From an uncultured Acidobacteriota bacterium (lineage in GTDB: Bacteria > Acidobacteriota > Terriglobia > UBA7540), in NCBI GenBank assembly GCA_963804995.1, contig CAWDSK010000001.1, forward strand, positions 64,001 through 128,000: a stretch of 64,000 bases of DNA, written 5' to 3'. The notes under the pieces are model-generated. The model searched no databases, had not been told where the DNA came from, and was given only the letters and a program-made list of their open reading frames with translations. Positions 40,781 through 51,313 of this stretch are shown here, piece by piece (positions within the stretch are counted from its first letter, which is position 1; every line of letters starts with the position of its first letter). The position numbers were made by a program, and so were the translations under genes.

Positions 40781-42208
40781 ATGGCACTCATAATTGCGAT
40801 TATGCTCATCTCGGTCGGCGCTCTTGTCGCCATCACCCTGACCAAGGGTTTTGAACGAGCGCTGCCGTTCTTCGCCTTTCTGGTGATTGTGCTGCCGGGG
40901 GAATCCATGATTCCATTGCCGGGGCTGTTTGACTTGACCGCGACACGAGTTGCAACTGCCACGCTTGCTGTCCTCTACGTCGTTTTTGGAAACCAGCGTC
41001 CAGAGAGTCACCGCAACAATAAACTACCACTGAAGTATATTCTGCTGCTTTACGTGGGGTGGTGTGTGGTCTCGACCCTCAATTCTATTGTCTTTGCCAT
41101 CAGCCTGAAAGCAGTGCTTTCTACTGTCTTGGACTTCTACGTCATCTACTACGTCTACTCGAAATCCGTCACCAGTGTTGAGACCATCCACAAGATCCTT
41201 GCTGCCTCTGTCGCCGCTCTGGTGGTCTGCTGTGTTTTCGGGGTGATAGAACGTTTCACTGGCTGGAGAGCGGCCGACTTGTTTCCGGCACTCACGCATC
41301 GATTTGGGCCAGGAGCAGGAGAAGGAGGGGGAGAATCCGGCAGGATCTCATCAACCTTCCCGGTTATGATACTGTTCGGGAATGCTCTGGCCTTGGGCAT
41401 ACCCTGGGCACTCTACCTTCTAGGAATGGCCAAAACCGGAGCTCAGAAAGTCTACCTGTGGGTGGCTATTATCATGATGTTTTATAATATTTACAAGACC
41501 GATAGCCGTGGGCCATGGCTGGCACTAATCTTGTCAATTGTGCTGCTGCTTCTCTTCTCCTCAGGCCGCATCCGCAAGTACTTGGTTGTTATTTCTCTTC
41601 TTACGGTCGCGACGCTGATCATACGACCCGGTGTCTGGGAAACGCTGGAAAACATCTATCTTGAGACCCTCAACCCTGATTCAGAGCGTGGACTATCCTA
41701 TCAATACCGATACGACTTGATGCGCGTGGCTAGGGAGGCGCTGGCTAAAGATCCTAGCCGCGCGGTTGGGGGGTTTGGACCCGAATCGTTCTACTACGGG
41801 GGTTTAGAGGGGATAAATCCCGGCACCGGTAACGTTGTACCCTTTGATAGCTGCGACAGTGCATTCGTAGCGATCATGTTCGAGACCGGGTACGTGGGAC
41901 TCCTTCTGGTGGCAGCGTTGTTGATAAAGGCAGCTTTGTTCTCGTTGCACGGGTTTGCCCGCGTGCCCAAGCCAGCGAATCTCCTTTGCTTGATATTTCT
42001 GACCAATATAGTCTCCTACGCCTTCATGATGGCAAGCGTCGAGAATTTTGGGTGGGGGCAGCAGACGCAAATGCTGTGGATCATCCTTGCCTTATCCATG
42101 GTCTATCCTGGCTTGGTCCAACCCAAAAGCTTGGCGAAGGAGCTCGCAGTCTTTCCTTGGCAAGAAACGCGCCCGCAGTTGGCAGCAGTGAGGCAGCCCC
42201 GAGCATAG
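40781..42208 (+). CDS. O-antigen ligase/Wzy-like polymerase
   Basis: Multiple TM helices; TDSRGPWL, GFGPE, ETGYVGL motifs. Confidence 0.8.
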   Translation: MALIIAIMLISVGALVAITLTKGFERALPFFAFLVIVLPGESMIPLPGLFDLTATRVATATLAVLYVVFGNQRPESHRNNKLPLKYILLLYVGWCVVSTLNSIVFAISLKAVLSTVLDFYVIYYVYSKSVTSVETIHKILAASVAALVVCCVFGVIERFTGWRAADLFPALTHRFGPGAGEGGGESGRISSTFPVMILFGNALALGIPWALYLLGMAKTGAQKVYLWVAIIMMFYNIYKTDSRGPWLALILSIVLLLLFSSGRIRKYLVVISLLTVATLIIRPGVWETLENIYLETLNPDSERGLSYQYRYDLMRVAREALAKDPSRAVGGFGPESFYYGGLEGINPGTGNVVPFDSCDSAFVAIMFETGYVGLLLVAALLIKAALFSLHGFARVPKPANLLCLIFLTNIVSYAFMMASVENFGWGQQTQMLWIILALSMVYPGLVQPKSLAKELAVFPWQETRPQLAAVRQPRA

Positions 42209-42225
42209 GGCAGGATATTCCTGCA

Positions 42226-43380
42226 ATGGAAGGGCAAATCGTCACCAAAGTGGTGCGCCGTCTCGAAGAAGTCGAAGGAATCGCCGAAGTTTGGCGTTCA
42301 TGGCAGTGCCACCCCAATTCCGACCTTGACTATTATCTGACTATTCTTTGCTCGCGACCTGAGATCCTTCGCCCTCATATCCTTGTTCTTTGTCGCGACG
42401 GGCATCCCGAGGCCATGCTCATCGGCAGGCTTGATAAGAGGCGGGTGGAACTGAGAGTCGGGTACAAGACCTTGCTCACCGTGGGCGCCCGCTCGCTGAC
42501 CTTCATTTATGGGGGGGGGCTCGGTGACCACAGCCCTGAAAATTCGATCATTTTCGTGCGCGAGGTTGTCAAGTCGCTGCGGTTGGGCGAAGCCGACATG
42601 GCATACTTCAGCCATCTGAAGGTTGGCTCGCCAACCTATGAATCGATCCAGAGTATGGCGGGATTCCTCACGCGCGAGCACTTTCTGGCCTCCGGCGTCC
42701 ATCGCAGCATGGCGCTTCCAGCTTCGGCTGAGGAGTTTCAACGTCGGCTCCCCTCGAAGGCGAGGCAAAAGCAGAGGAAGCTGCTAGGTGCGCTCGGCGA
42801 CTCGCTTCGAGTGGTCTGCTACCGCACGGCTGAAGAACTGGAAACTGTGTGTCGAGATGTTGAGACAATTGCAAGAAAGACGTATCAGCGAGGACTTGGG
42901 GTGGGGTTTGTCGACAATGACGAGATTAGACAACGGATGCACCTGGCGGCCGCGCGCGGGTGGCTCCGCGCCTATCTGCTTTACTTCGGCACGCGGCCGG
43001 CAGCCTTCTGGATTGGAACCGTGTACGGCGAAAAATTCCATAGCGACTACATGGGCTATGACCCCGAGTTGGCAGAGCGCTCGCCTGGCATCTTCCTGGT
43101 GACGAAGGCGATCGAGGAGATTTGCGACCGGCAACGCGAGTGGGGTACCCTGGAAATAGACTGGGGGTTCGGGGACGCGCAGTACAAGGAGATGCTCGGC
43201 ACCTGCGAATGGAAGGAAGCGTCCGTGCACATCTTTGCCCCCAGCATCAGAGGGGTGGCTTTGAACGCCGTACGGACGCCGGGCGCGCTTGTCGAGCACG
43301 TTTCCAAGGATCTTCTCGGAAAGTGGAGTGTGGTCTCCTGGGTGAAAAAGAGATGGCGCCAGCGTTTGGCTCGGGCCTAG
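42226..43380 (+). CDS. GNAT-family (CelD/BcsL-like) acetyltransferase
   Basis: GYDPELAERSPG, IDWGFGDAQYK. Confidence 0.8.
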   Translation: MEGQIVTKVVRRLEEVEGIAEVWRSWQCHPNSDLDYYLTILCSRPEILRPHILVLCRDGHPEAMLIGRLDKRRVELRVGYKTLLTVGARSLTFIYGGGLGDHSPENSIIFVREVVKSLRLGEADMAYFSHLKVGSPTYESIQSMAGFLTREHFLASGVHRSMALPASAEEFQRRLPSKARQKQRKLLGALGDSLRVVCYRTAEELETVCRDVETIARKTYQRGLGVGFVDNDEIRQRMHLAAARGWLRAYLLYFGTRPAAFWIGTVYGEKFHSDYMGYDPELAERSPGIFLVTKAIEEICDRQREWGTLEIDWGFGDAQYKEMLGTCEWKEASVHIFAPSIRGVALNAVRTPGALVEHVSKDLLGKWSVVSWVKKRWRQRLARA

Positions 43381-43392
43381 GCCAGCGTTAAC

Positions 43393-44094
43393 ATGTACAG
43401 CCTCGGACGCCCAATTGGAAAGGCGATAAATCTCCTGCGGCCCCTGTGGACGATGCTTAACGAGGTCGTTCTCAACATCCGCACGATCTCGCCCAGCACC
43501 GCCGCCGATACCCCACCGGACCCGGTAAAGCCAAAATGGCGCGGTCCATTTTCACGGACGGTAAAACATGACGACAACTTTGAATACGCCTCCCCCGACT
43601 ACTGGTATATTCGTGCGATTGCCAATCGCTTGAAACTCGCCCGCGAAGATGTGTTCTATGATATTGGATGCGGCATGGGTCGCATCCTCTGCGTTGTGGC
43701 TCGCCGGCGGATACGAAAGTGCGTCGGGATTGAACTCCTCGAACCTCTGTGTGAGAAAGCGCGGCGCAACGCGCTTCGCCTCCGGGGACGGAAGGCTCCC
43801 ATCGAGATTATTTGCGCTGATGCCGCGACGGCAGATTTGTCAGAGGGAACAATTTATTTCCTTTTTAATCCGTTTGGAAAAGATACATTGCGGGTCCTCC
43901 TTGCCAATCTCCAAACTTCCATTTCACGGGACCCGCGAAAAGTGACGCTTGTCTACTACAACTCGGTTCATGAATCAGTCCTGGAAGCGTCGGGATGGCT
44001 TGACAAGTCTGATGAGTTTAACACCCTCTCGGGTCTCCACGTGACCTTTTGGAAGAGTTGTGGCGGCCGCTCTGCCCCAGACTATTCCGCGTAG
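43393..44094 (+). CDS. Class I SAM-dependent methyltransferase
   Basis: FYDIGCGMGR, GIEL, YFLFNPF. Confidence 0.82.
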   Translation: MYSLGRPIGKAINLLRPLWTMLNEVVLNIRTISPSTAADTPPDPVKPKWRGPFSRTVKHDDNFEYASPDYWYIRAIANRLKLAREDVFYDIGCGMGRILCVVARRRIRKCVGIELLEPLCEKARRNALRLRGRKAPIEIICADAATADLSEGTIYFLFNPFGKDTLRVLLANLQTSISRDPRKVTLVYYNSVHESVLEASGWLDKSDEFNTLSGLHVTFWKSCGGRSAPDYSA

Positions 44095-44311
44095 ACGATC
44101 TGCTCTGACTTTCCCCCGAGCAACCTGGACGGACGGGGAGGACTTGCTTTCATGGGTTTAGGAGCCCAGCCATTAGGCCTGCGGCCGGTTTGCGAAGTGT
44201 TTTCGATATAGCTTCCCACAGACACGAGGATTCTTGTCGCGTACGGCTCCCGGGATGCGTAAACCATGGCAAGGGAAATGTCAGGGCACTTAACGGGTGC
44301 AAGAATTCGAG

Positions 44312-46048
44312 CTAGTGGCCGGTGGCACGCACGTCCGTAGGTGGATTTGGCCGGGCGAACTCGAAAGCCCCCCGCTCCCACGTTCCATCCGCGCCGCGTG
44401 TCACGCCGAGCAAGTCCAGGTTATAAGGCGAGGAAAGGATTACCCCGTCGTTCAAGTGGGGGTCCACGGTTTCGCTGGAAAGACGAAAGTTTTTGCTCGA
44501 AGTGCTGACGAAGGGGTTTGCCTTTCGAGTCAGGTTGAAGTCATGCCTTCCGGCAAGCACCCCGATAGTGCCAGCGTTGTTAATGACCGTATTATAGTCC
44601 TCTACAATGCCCGGTCCAGCAAAAGTAGATTGGCAAGTTGACCCATATACCAGGTTGTTCTCCGCCACGGCCCCCGTGGAAGATGCGCTTATGAGGGAAA
44701 GCCCAGTGGTTACACAATTGTGCTGGTTGTAGAAGGTATTCCCATAAACTTTGATATTCGTGATGGGATTGTAGCCGTTGTTGTCTGTAATCGTTTGGGA
44801 TACACCGCACTGCGGACTCGCGGCGGTATCCACTGCCCCCGAACCGTCCGAGCAGAAGAAAACGTTGTTGTAGACACGCAGGTCGTTCACCGTGGCATTA
44901 CCAGGCAGGCTCTCGATGTCCCCGGAGCCTTCGATGTCCTCGAAAATGTTGTTGGCGATGATGGACGGGCTGCCACAAGCTGTGCTATAGCATGTGGCTT
45001 GAATGCCGTTTGTATGCTGTGTCGGTGTGCTGTGGTTGCGGGCCATCCAATTTCTTTCACTGTCTGAGTTGCTTGCGTTATTAATTACAAAGGCTCCACC
45101 GGCAACGTCGTGGATATAGTTATCTGTAATAGTGAGGTCTTGAATGGCTTTGTTTCCTCCCGCCTCAATTGCGACGCCTGGAGAATAGTCAAGCGTTGCA
45201 AATCCGGGCGTCGAGCAAGTCTCGTTAGGCGTTCCTGTCTGAGCTATAACGATATTCAAGCCTGAAATAGAATTGATTGTGCAGCCCGGTGCGCCGCAAT
45301 TAAAACCTGAAGGGGTTGTGTTCCAAACATCCAATGGGTCTCCCGATAGCCAATAGTCATTTGCTCGGTCATGCTGCATCACCAGAGTGACGGTTGAACC
45401 CGCACCGTTCCTCGTGCAAGAAACGATGTTGTTACCGTAATTCGGATTGACCCCATTGAACTCGATGTGTTTAATGGTCACGCCAACTACCGTACTTGTT
45501 GGTACCTGGCTGCATCCCGTGGCGACACCAATGATCGTGACTCGATTCGGACTCTGAAGTTGAATGCCGAAACCTGAAGTTGCGGGCGTCCCTGTGAGCG
45601 GCGTCACCCCATCCACAAGATAATTTCCGCCGCAGATTCTCAGCATGGAGCCATCGATATTCTTTAAGTCACTCGCGGTCTGGCTAAAGACGGCTTGTGA
45701 AGTTCCATAACGGGCTTGCCATCCTGCAATGGTCGCTGGATTGGTTGCTCCGCAGTAAGGAGCATTCGTCACTGAGCAGTCTACTGCCTTATAAACGCTT
45801 ACGGTCGAGTTTCCATTGCAGTCTGTATCCCATTCGGGAGCCTGACCAGAGACATCGTAACTGCCACCCGCGATGAAGTAGGAGTTGCCACAAGAAACGC
45901 TCGTTGGCAGACCGGACAGGGCGTTGTTCCAATCGGCCCCCGTCTTGGCACCAGCGCCGCTAGGAGTGATGTAGAAATTCGCTGCGAGGACAGCTTCAGA
46001 AACGGCCAGCGATAAAAGAATTACAAAGAGTCTCGTCAGGTTTTTCAT
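44312..46048 (-). CDS. Secreted right-handed beta-helix (pectin-lyase-fold) protein with choice-of-anchor-Q-like C-terminus
   Basis: Signal peptide; Asn-ladder repeats (DNYIHD, NNIFED, YNNVF, YGNTFY, ENNLVY); NPFV...NFRL...DLLGVTR...WERGAFEF. Confidence 0.75.
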   Translation of the reverse strand: MKNLTRLFVILLSLAVSEAVLAANFYITPSGAGAKTGADWNNALSGLPTSVSCGNSYFIAGGSYDVSGQAPEWDTDCNGNSTVSVYKAVDCSVTNAPYCGATNPATIAGWQARYGTSQAVFSQTASDLKNIDGSMLRICGGNYLVDGVTPLTGTPATSGFGIQLQSPNRVTIIGVATGCSQVPTSTVVGVTIKHIEFNGVNPNYGNNIVSCTRNGAGSTVTLVMQHDRANDYWLSGDPLDVWNTTPSGFNCGAPGCTINSISGLNIVIAQTGTPNETCSTPGFATLDYSPGVAIEAGGNKAIQDLTITDNYIHDVAGGAFVINNASNSDSERNWMARNHSTPTQHTNGIQATCYSTACGSPSIIANNIFEDIEGSGDIESLPGNATVNDLRVYNNVFFCSDGSGAVDTAASPQCGVSQTITDNNGYNPITNIKVYGNTFYNQHNCVTTGLSLISASSTGAVAENNLVYGSTCQSTFAGPGIVEDYNTVINNAGTIGVLAGRHDFNLTRKANPFVSTSSKNFRLSSETVDPHLNDGVILSSPYNLDLLGVTRGADGTWERGAFEFARPNPPTDVRATGH

Positions 46049-46277
46049 AGTTTATTCCTTCATGTGCAAAACAACCAGCGCCAGGATCGCCGAGAGCGAA
46101 GCGATCCCCTGACTCGCCCCTCCGGGCCACGAGCGGTGCGTGCTTGGTTGGGCCGCAAGTACGGGCATAGCTTAATACAATACAGCGGTCCGTTCAATGG
46201 CCGCGACGGCAGCATCCACGAAGTCGAACCACCCGTGGTGCCTAGCCTGAACGGGCAGGTTCAACCTGGAGCTACGA

Positions 46278-48212
46278 ATGGAAGGTAAAGTCTCGGTCGT
46301 AATCCCAACTTACAATCGCGCAAATCTGGTAATTAACGCCATCGAGAGCGCGCTGGGGCAAACCTTTCGCGACCTCGAAGTGGTCGTCGTCGATGATGGC
46401 TCGACGGACGGGACCGGAGAAATTCTTCGTCATGAATACGGCGAGCGAATTCGATACTTCTACCAGCCGAATCAGGGACAGAGCGCCGCACGGAACAGAG
46501 GGCTCGGGGAGGCGCGGGGCGAATGGGTTGCCTTTCTCGACTCAGATGACGTTTGGCTCCCCGAGAAGCTCCAGTACCAGCTTCAGGCTCTCGAACTCTT
46601 CCGGGGAAGATGTGAGGCCTGCTTTACCGACGTAGATTTTGCGGGCAGCTCGGAGCTCACCTCGACGGTGTTTCATCTGCGCGGCGAAGAGGGCAGGGAT
46701 CTCATGGGAATGGTTGCCGACCCCGTCCGGCTGATGCTGGACCGCCAGCGGATGCCGCCCGTGTGGCTGCCCTCGGTCGTGGTTCGGCGGGACCTGGCCA
46801 GAAGAGTGGGCGGCTTCGATCCGAAGATTCGCGGTGTTGGGGAGGATGAGGAATTTCTATTCCGTCTGGCTCGCGAAACCGGCTTTTGCTTTGTCAATAA
46901 GCCGCTCCTTGTCGCGGATCGATCACCCGTTGCCCAAAGGCACGCCGGTCCCAGCGCCTTGTGGGACCAGGCAGACTTTCAGCTCGCACAAACCCAATAC
47001 CGTTTTGAAAAGCAGCTTCGATTGAGCGAGGGAATGCCGCCGTACGTCCAACGACTGATCCGCAAAGAGCTCGCCTTGCTCCACAGCGCCTGGGCAAACT
47101 GGCATCTCCGCAAGGGCAATACGCCGAGGGCTCGAGAGGCGATGTCCATTTCGCTTGGATACGGGTTTTCGCCCATCCTGGCGGTTAAGCGCATTTTAGT
47201 CTCGGCTGACCCGAAGCTCGCCTTGCGGCTTGTGGCTCTGAACGCGGTGCGAAAGTCGAAGGAAAACCATATCGTGCCGACGAGTTCACCATCTGCGACC
47301 CGAGGGGGCCTGCTGGCTTGGCACGTCCCGGCGTTTGTGAGAAACCTGCTGCCTGCCGCAGCGCTGGACAGGATTCGTCGGGTCAGGGTCGGCCTGTTAA
47401 GCCGGCATTTGCCGCGCCACGCAGAATTCGCCCAGTCTCGGGAGGAGGTGGAAGCGAGCGCCGGCATGTCGGTGATTGTTCCGATCCGCGATGCGCCAGA
47501 AGTTACGCGCCGCTGCTTGGGAAGCCTGGAAAAGTATGCGACCCAAGCCCAGATCGTCCTTGTTGACGATGGATCAGTCCTTCCGGCGACCTTGGCGATG
47601 GTCGCGGAATTTAGTGTCCGCAACGGGTGGGAAGTCGTTCGGCATGAGCAGTCTCACGGGCATAGCCAAGCTTGTGCGGCCGGTGCGCGGCTTGCAGCGC
47701 GGCCGTACCTATGTCTCCTCAACTCCGACACTGTGGTTACGCCCTGGTGCTGGCGAGGTCCCAAGGAGCTGTTCGAAATAGAACCCAATATCGGCGTAGC
47801 GGGGCCATCCACCAGCCTTTCGCCAACTGCCCAGGCACTACCTCTGGCGAACTATTGTCGCCATTACTGGACCGATAGCGAGATTTGGGGGTTCGCAAGC
47901 GTTACGACGGGCAACTGTCCGGAACCTGTCTGGGTGGAGTTGCCTTGGGTTTCAGGCTGTGCCCTTTTCATCCGACGCGGCCTGTGGGAGGAACTGGGGG
48001 GATTTGATCCGCATCTGCCCGACTACGGAAATGAAGTGGAGCTTTGCAAGCGCGTATCCAAGATGGGCTACCGAAGCGTCTGGGTTCGAAACAGTTACAT
48101 CCATCATTTCGGGCAGCAGAGCTACGGGACGTTGCGCGAGCGGAGCATCTTCTCACGAATCCTTGCTGCTAAACGCTATATCGCCCGGAAGCATGGGGCG
48201 GAAGGGAAGTAG
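46278..48212 (+). CDS. Tandem two-domain glycosyltransferase family 2
   Basis: Domain 1 VSVVIPTYNR..VVDDGSTD..FLDSDD; domain 2 SVIVPIRD..LVDDGS..LLNSDT. Confidence 0.88.
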   Translation: MEGKVSVVIPTYNRANLVINAIESALGQTFRDLEVVVVDDGSTDGTGEILRHEYGERIRYFYQPNQGQSAARNRGLGEARGEWVAFLDSDDVWLPEKLQYQLQALELFRGRCEACFTDVDFAGSSELTSTVFHLRGEEGRDLMGMVADPVRLMLDRQRMPPVWLPSVVVRRDLARRVGGFDPKIRGVGEDEEFLFRLARETGFCFVNKPLLVADRSPVAQRHAGPSALWDQADFQLAQTQYRFEKQLRLSEGMPPYVQRLIRKELALLHSAWANWHLRKGNTPRAREAMSISLGYGFSPILAVKRILVSADPKLALRLVALNAVRKSKENHIVPTSSPSATRGGLLAWHVPAFVRNLLPAAALDRIRRVRVGLLSRHLPRHAEFAQSREEVEASAGMSVIVPIRDAPEVTRRCLGSLEKYATQAQIVLVDDGSVLPATLAMVAEFSVRNGWEVVRHEQSHGHSQACAAGARLAARPYLCLLNSDTVVTPWCWRGPKELFEIEPNIGVAGPSTSLSPTAQALPLANYCRHYWTDSEIWGFASVTTGNCPEPVWVELPWVSGCALFIRRGLWEELGGFDPHLPDYGNEVELCKRVSKMGYRSVWVRNSYIHHFGQQSYGTLRERSIFSRILAAKRYIARKHGAEGK

Positions 48213-48408
48213 GCAGAAGGCAGTAAGCAGAAGGCAGTGGGCAGTAGGCAGTAGGCGGAAGGCAGGAAGGGGCGCCCTGGAAATACAGCGCATACGAGTT
48301 TTTCCGCAGCCTCCCAAGCCGGTTGCTACGAACGGTGCCCGCTTTCTGCCCACTGGCACCTGCCCACTGCCCACTGCTCTTCTGCGGGCCGCCTTCAGAC
48401 TGCCAACT
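48211..48408. repeat. Two opposed arrays of heptamer tandem repeats (AGGCAGT / ACTGCCC)
   Basis: 8 units at 48211-48266 and a degenerate complementary array at ~48345-48408. Confidence 0.7.
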
Positions 48409-49851
48409 GTGAAAATTATCGAAAACATCGGCTATCGCACCGCGGCTCGATTGTTGACTCTACCCCTTCAGGCAGCCACCAGTGTAGTCCTCGCTCGGTA
48501 TCTTTCCGCACGCGATTACGGGATCGTGGGGTATGCGGTTATTTTTGTGTCTTTTCTCGCGGGATTTAAGGATTTGGGCTTGGGGAGTGCGCTGGTACAA
48601 AGGAAAGAGCTTGACGCCCGAACCGCGAATATCGCGTGGTCGTTGCGGGTAGTACTTGGAGCCGCGGCATTCGGCCTGGCGTTCCTGGCGTCACGACTTG
48701 CGGCAGTTGGTTTCGGAGATCCTGTCGTATCGGTCGTAGTCGTGGTGCTCTCATTGGATTTCCTCATCAGCAGCATCGGTTTTGTTCCAAGTTCTCTCAT
48801 GGTGCGGGGATTGGATTACCGGCGATGGATTCAACCGATGATCGCCGGGGCCTTCGTGCGCGCGGCCGCAGCGTGTTGGCTGGCAGTCATTGGGTTTCGT
48901 TTCTGGAGCATCGTTATAGCCCAACTCGCGTCGTCCATTGCTGAGGCGGTTTACTTTGTATGCCTCGACCACCGGAAACTCCAGTTCCAATGGGATAAGG
49001 CGATCGCTCGGGAGCTCTTAATCTTTGGGGTTCCTCTGTTTTCGTCCGGACTACTGACCTTCGCCCTGTTCAACGCCGATAACTTCATCGTGGGTGTGGT
49101 TTCGGGAGCTGTGGTGCTGGGATACTACGCCCTGGCATTTAATTGGGGTGCGATGGTTTCCACAACTGTGTCGGAGCTTGTTCATTCTGTGCTGTTTCCC
49201 GCGTTCGCGCGCATGCAACATGACCGGGAGCGCTTGCGGCAAGGCTATCTTCGCGTGTTGGAACAGTTAAGCGCACTGGGGGTGCTCGTCTACGTGGGAC
49301 TATTCTGCTGTGCGCGAGAGTTCTTGGTCATCGTGCTGGGACGTGGCGGTGAAAAGTGGTTGCCGGCTTGTCACGCCCTACAGATTTTTTGCGTTTACGG
49401 CGTGGTGCGACTGATGCTCGAGCCTTTGGGCAATGTGCTGGTGGCGCTGGGACGAACACGGCTGTTATTTCGCGCCACGCTCATCGCCGCATGTAGTGAA
49501 ATGGTTCTCTTGTATCCCGCTCTGGTTTGGGGTGGCATTGACGCCGTTGCCGTGGTGGTTACGATTTCCTATGCCGTCCAATGGTTCGTGTATTGGCCGG
49601 CGATTCGCCAAGACTTGAATGTGGGCATCACGGATCTGAGAAGAGTCCTTTTCCCTCCCTGTGCCGCTGGAGTTTGTGCTTGGGCAGCCGGCGCGGCCGT
49701 TCAGTCTGCTCTGCCTTTTGGCATCCCGACCTTTGGGTTAATGGTGGTTACCATCACCGTGGTATTTGTGGTCATCCAAGGCTGGCTCAGTTCCTGGCGT
49801 TGGTTTGGAGAGTGGAGGCAACTTTACTTGGCTCGGACCCGATGTGCGTGA
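48409..49851 (+). CDS. wzx: Wzx-family polysaccharide flippase
   Basis: LARYLSARDYG, DLGLGSALVQ, NADNFIVG..LGYY, VLFPAFAR; many TM helices. Confidence 0.88.
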   Translation: MKIIENIGYRTAARLLTLPLQAATSVVLARYLSARDYGIVGYAVIFVSFLAGFKDLGLGSALVQRKELDARTANIAWSLRVVLGAAAFGLAFLASRLAAVGFGDPVVSVVVVVLSLDFLISSIGFVPSSLMVRGLDYRRWIQPMIAGAFVRAAAACWLAVIGFRFWSIVIAQLASSIAEAVYFVCLDHRKLQFQWDKAIARELLIFGVPLFSSGLLTFALFNADNFIVGVVSGAVVLGYYALAFNWGAMVSTTVSELVHSVLFPAFARMQHDRERLRQGYLRVLEQLSALGVLVYVGLFCCAREFLVIVLGRGGEKWLPACHALQIFCVYGVVRLMLEPLGNVLVALGRTRLLFRATLIAACSEMVLLYPALVWGGIDAVAVVVTISYAVQWFVYWPAIRQDLNVGITDLRRVLFPPCAAGVCAWAAGAAVQSALPFGIPTFGLMVVTITVVFVVIQGWLSSWRWFGEWRQLYLARTRCA

Positions 49852-49935
49852 CCAGACTCCGGCCTCGAAAATGATATGGTCTGGCGATAACCACTCTTGA
49901 GTGGAGTGTCCTTTGCCCAGTTTGGAGTTTTTCGA

Positions 49936-50652
49936 ATGAACATCGGAAGGGCTAGGCCCGCTGACCTTACGGGGAAGTATCCCGAGTATTATCAATGGTC
50001 TCGTGCAGAAGTATTGCCCTTTGTTCCGCGCGAGGTCAGCAAAGTCCTGGAAGTCGGGTGTGGCGAGGGGCGGTTCGGTCTCGCCATCAAGCAGACCAGG
50101 AACGCGGAAGTGTGGGGGATTGAAACCGTCCCCGAAGTCGCTCAGCAAGCCGCGCAGCGGTTGGACAAAGTTCTTTTGGGTGACGTGGAACATGATCACC
50201 TGGAATTGCCGAGCGAATATTTCGACTGCATCATCTTCAACGATGTCCTCGAACACCTGACGTATCCATGGGCGGTACTCAAAATACTGCGTGACGCGCT
50301 TCAAACCTCGGGTTATGTTGTCGCCTCCATTCCCAATATCAGGTATTACCCGATATTGAAAGCGTTGGTTTTGCACAAGGAATGGGATTACACCCGAGAC
50401 GGCACTCTCGACCGTACCCATTTCCGGTTTTTTACTCAGAGGAGCATACCCAAGTTCTTCCAGGACTCCGGTTACGAGCTGGTCAGAATGGAAGGGATCA
50501 ACCCTCTGGAGCTTTCGTGGAAATTAAACCTCGCCTTTAAATTCCTGGGCGGTGCCATAGATGATACGCGCTACCTGCAGTTCGCGTGCGTGGCGCGGAA
50601 ACTCAGGAATACATCAGTGGTACGAGGAGGAAATGCCAACCCCCTCCTTTAG
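49936..50652 (+). CDS. Class I SAM-dependent methyltransferase
   Basis: VLEVGCGEG, DVLEHL, ASIPN, GTLDRTHFRFFT. Confidence 0.88.
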   Translation: MNIGRARPADLTGKYPEYYQWSRAEVLPFVPREVSKVLEVGCGEGRFGLAIKQTRNAEVWGIETVPEVAQQAAQRLDKVLLGDVEHDHLELPSEYFDCIIFNDVLEHLTYPWAVLKILRDALQTSGYVVASIPNIRYYPILKALVLHKEWDYTRDGTLDRTHFRFFTQRSIPKFFQDSGYELVRMEGINPLELSWKLNLAFKFLGGAIDDTRYLQFACVARKLRNTSVVRGGNANPLL

Positions 50653-51313
50653 TGAGATAGCCCGGTACCGAGGCGAGGCGCCTGAACTCATGACGGTCGT
50701 CGTCACTCACGACATGATCGGGCGACACGGCAAAATCGCCCCAGTGCTTCTCGGCCAACTCGAGCGGGCTGGTGCGCGGGGTGCTTTAAGGGTACTGGAC
50801 GTGGGCGCCTATGACCGGGCTTTCGGGCGGGCCATCGACCGGTGCGGATTGCCCTGCACTTATCACAGCGTGGATGTGGACGGATCAAGGGCCCATGATT
50901 TTCGGGACCTCTCCCAGGTGACGGGTTCCTACGATGTAATCGCCATGTTCGAACTGATCGAGCATTTGCCTTACGAAGACGTGGACAAACTTCTTCATCA
51001 AGCCTGGGCTCTGCTCTCGCCGGAGGGGCGGCTGTTCATTTCCACCCCGCATCCGTTCCACCCCACCCGGTACTTCTCCGACGTCAGCCACAAGCAGCAC
51101 TGGCCGCCAGACGACCTGTACGCTCTCTTACGCCACGTGGGCTTCGCCGGAGAGAATATTCAGGCATTCGGCGTGATCTACTTGCCATCTAATCCCTTGC
51201 GAAGTTGCATCACGCGAATCAGGAATCTGATCTGGCGAATAATTGGTTTGGAAATCTGCGGCGGAATTCTGGCTATTGCGAAGAAGGGACGGTCCGAAAG
51301 GGAAAAGGGATGA
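50633..51313 (+). CDS. Class I SAM-dependent methyltransferase
   Basis: GAGGAGG RBS; VLDVGAY, ELIEHL, LSPEGRLFISTP. Confidence 0.8.
   Translation: MPTPSFSEIARYRGEAPELMTVVVTHDMIGRHGKIAPVLLGQLERAGARGALRVLDVGAYDRAFGRAIDRCGLPCTYHSVDVDGSRAHDFRDLSQVTGSYDVIAMFELIEHLPYEDVDKLLHQAWALLSPEGRLFISTPHPFHPTRYFSDVSHKQHWPPDDLYALLRHVGFAGENIQAFGVIYLPSNPLRSCITRIRNLIWRIIGLEICGGILAIAKKGRSEREKG

Noticed and set aside
47959..48408. 150-aa N-terminal extension of the flippase
   Set aside because: Overlaps the upstream GT and translates the heptamer repeats; Wzx similarity begins at GTG 48409
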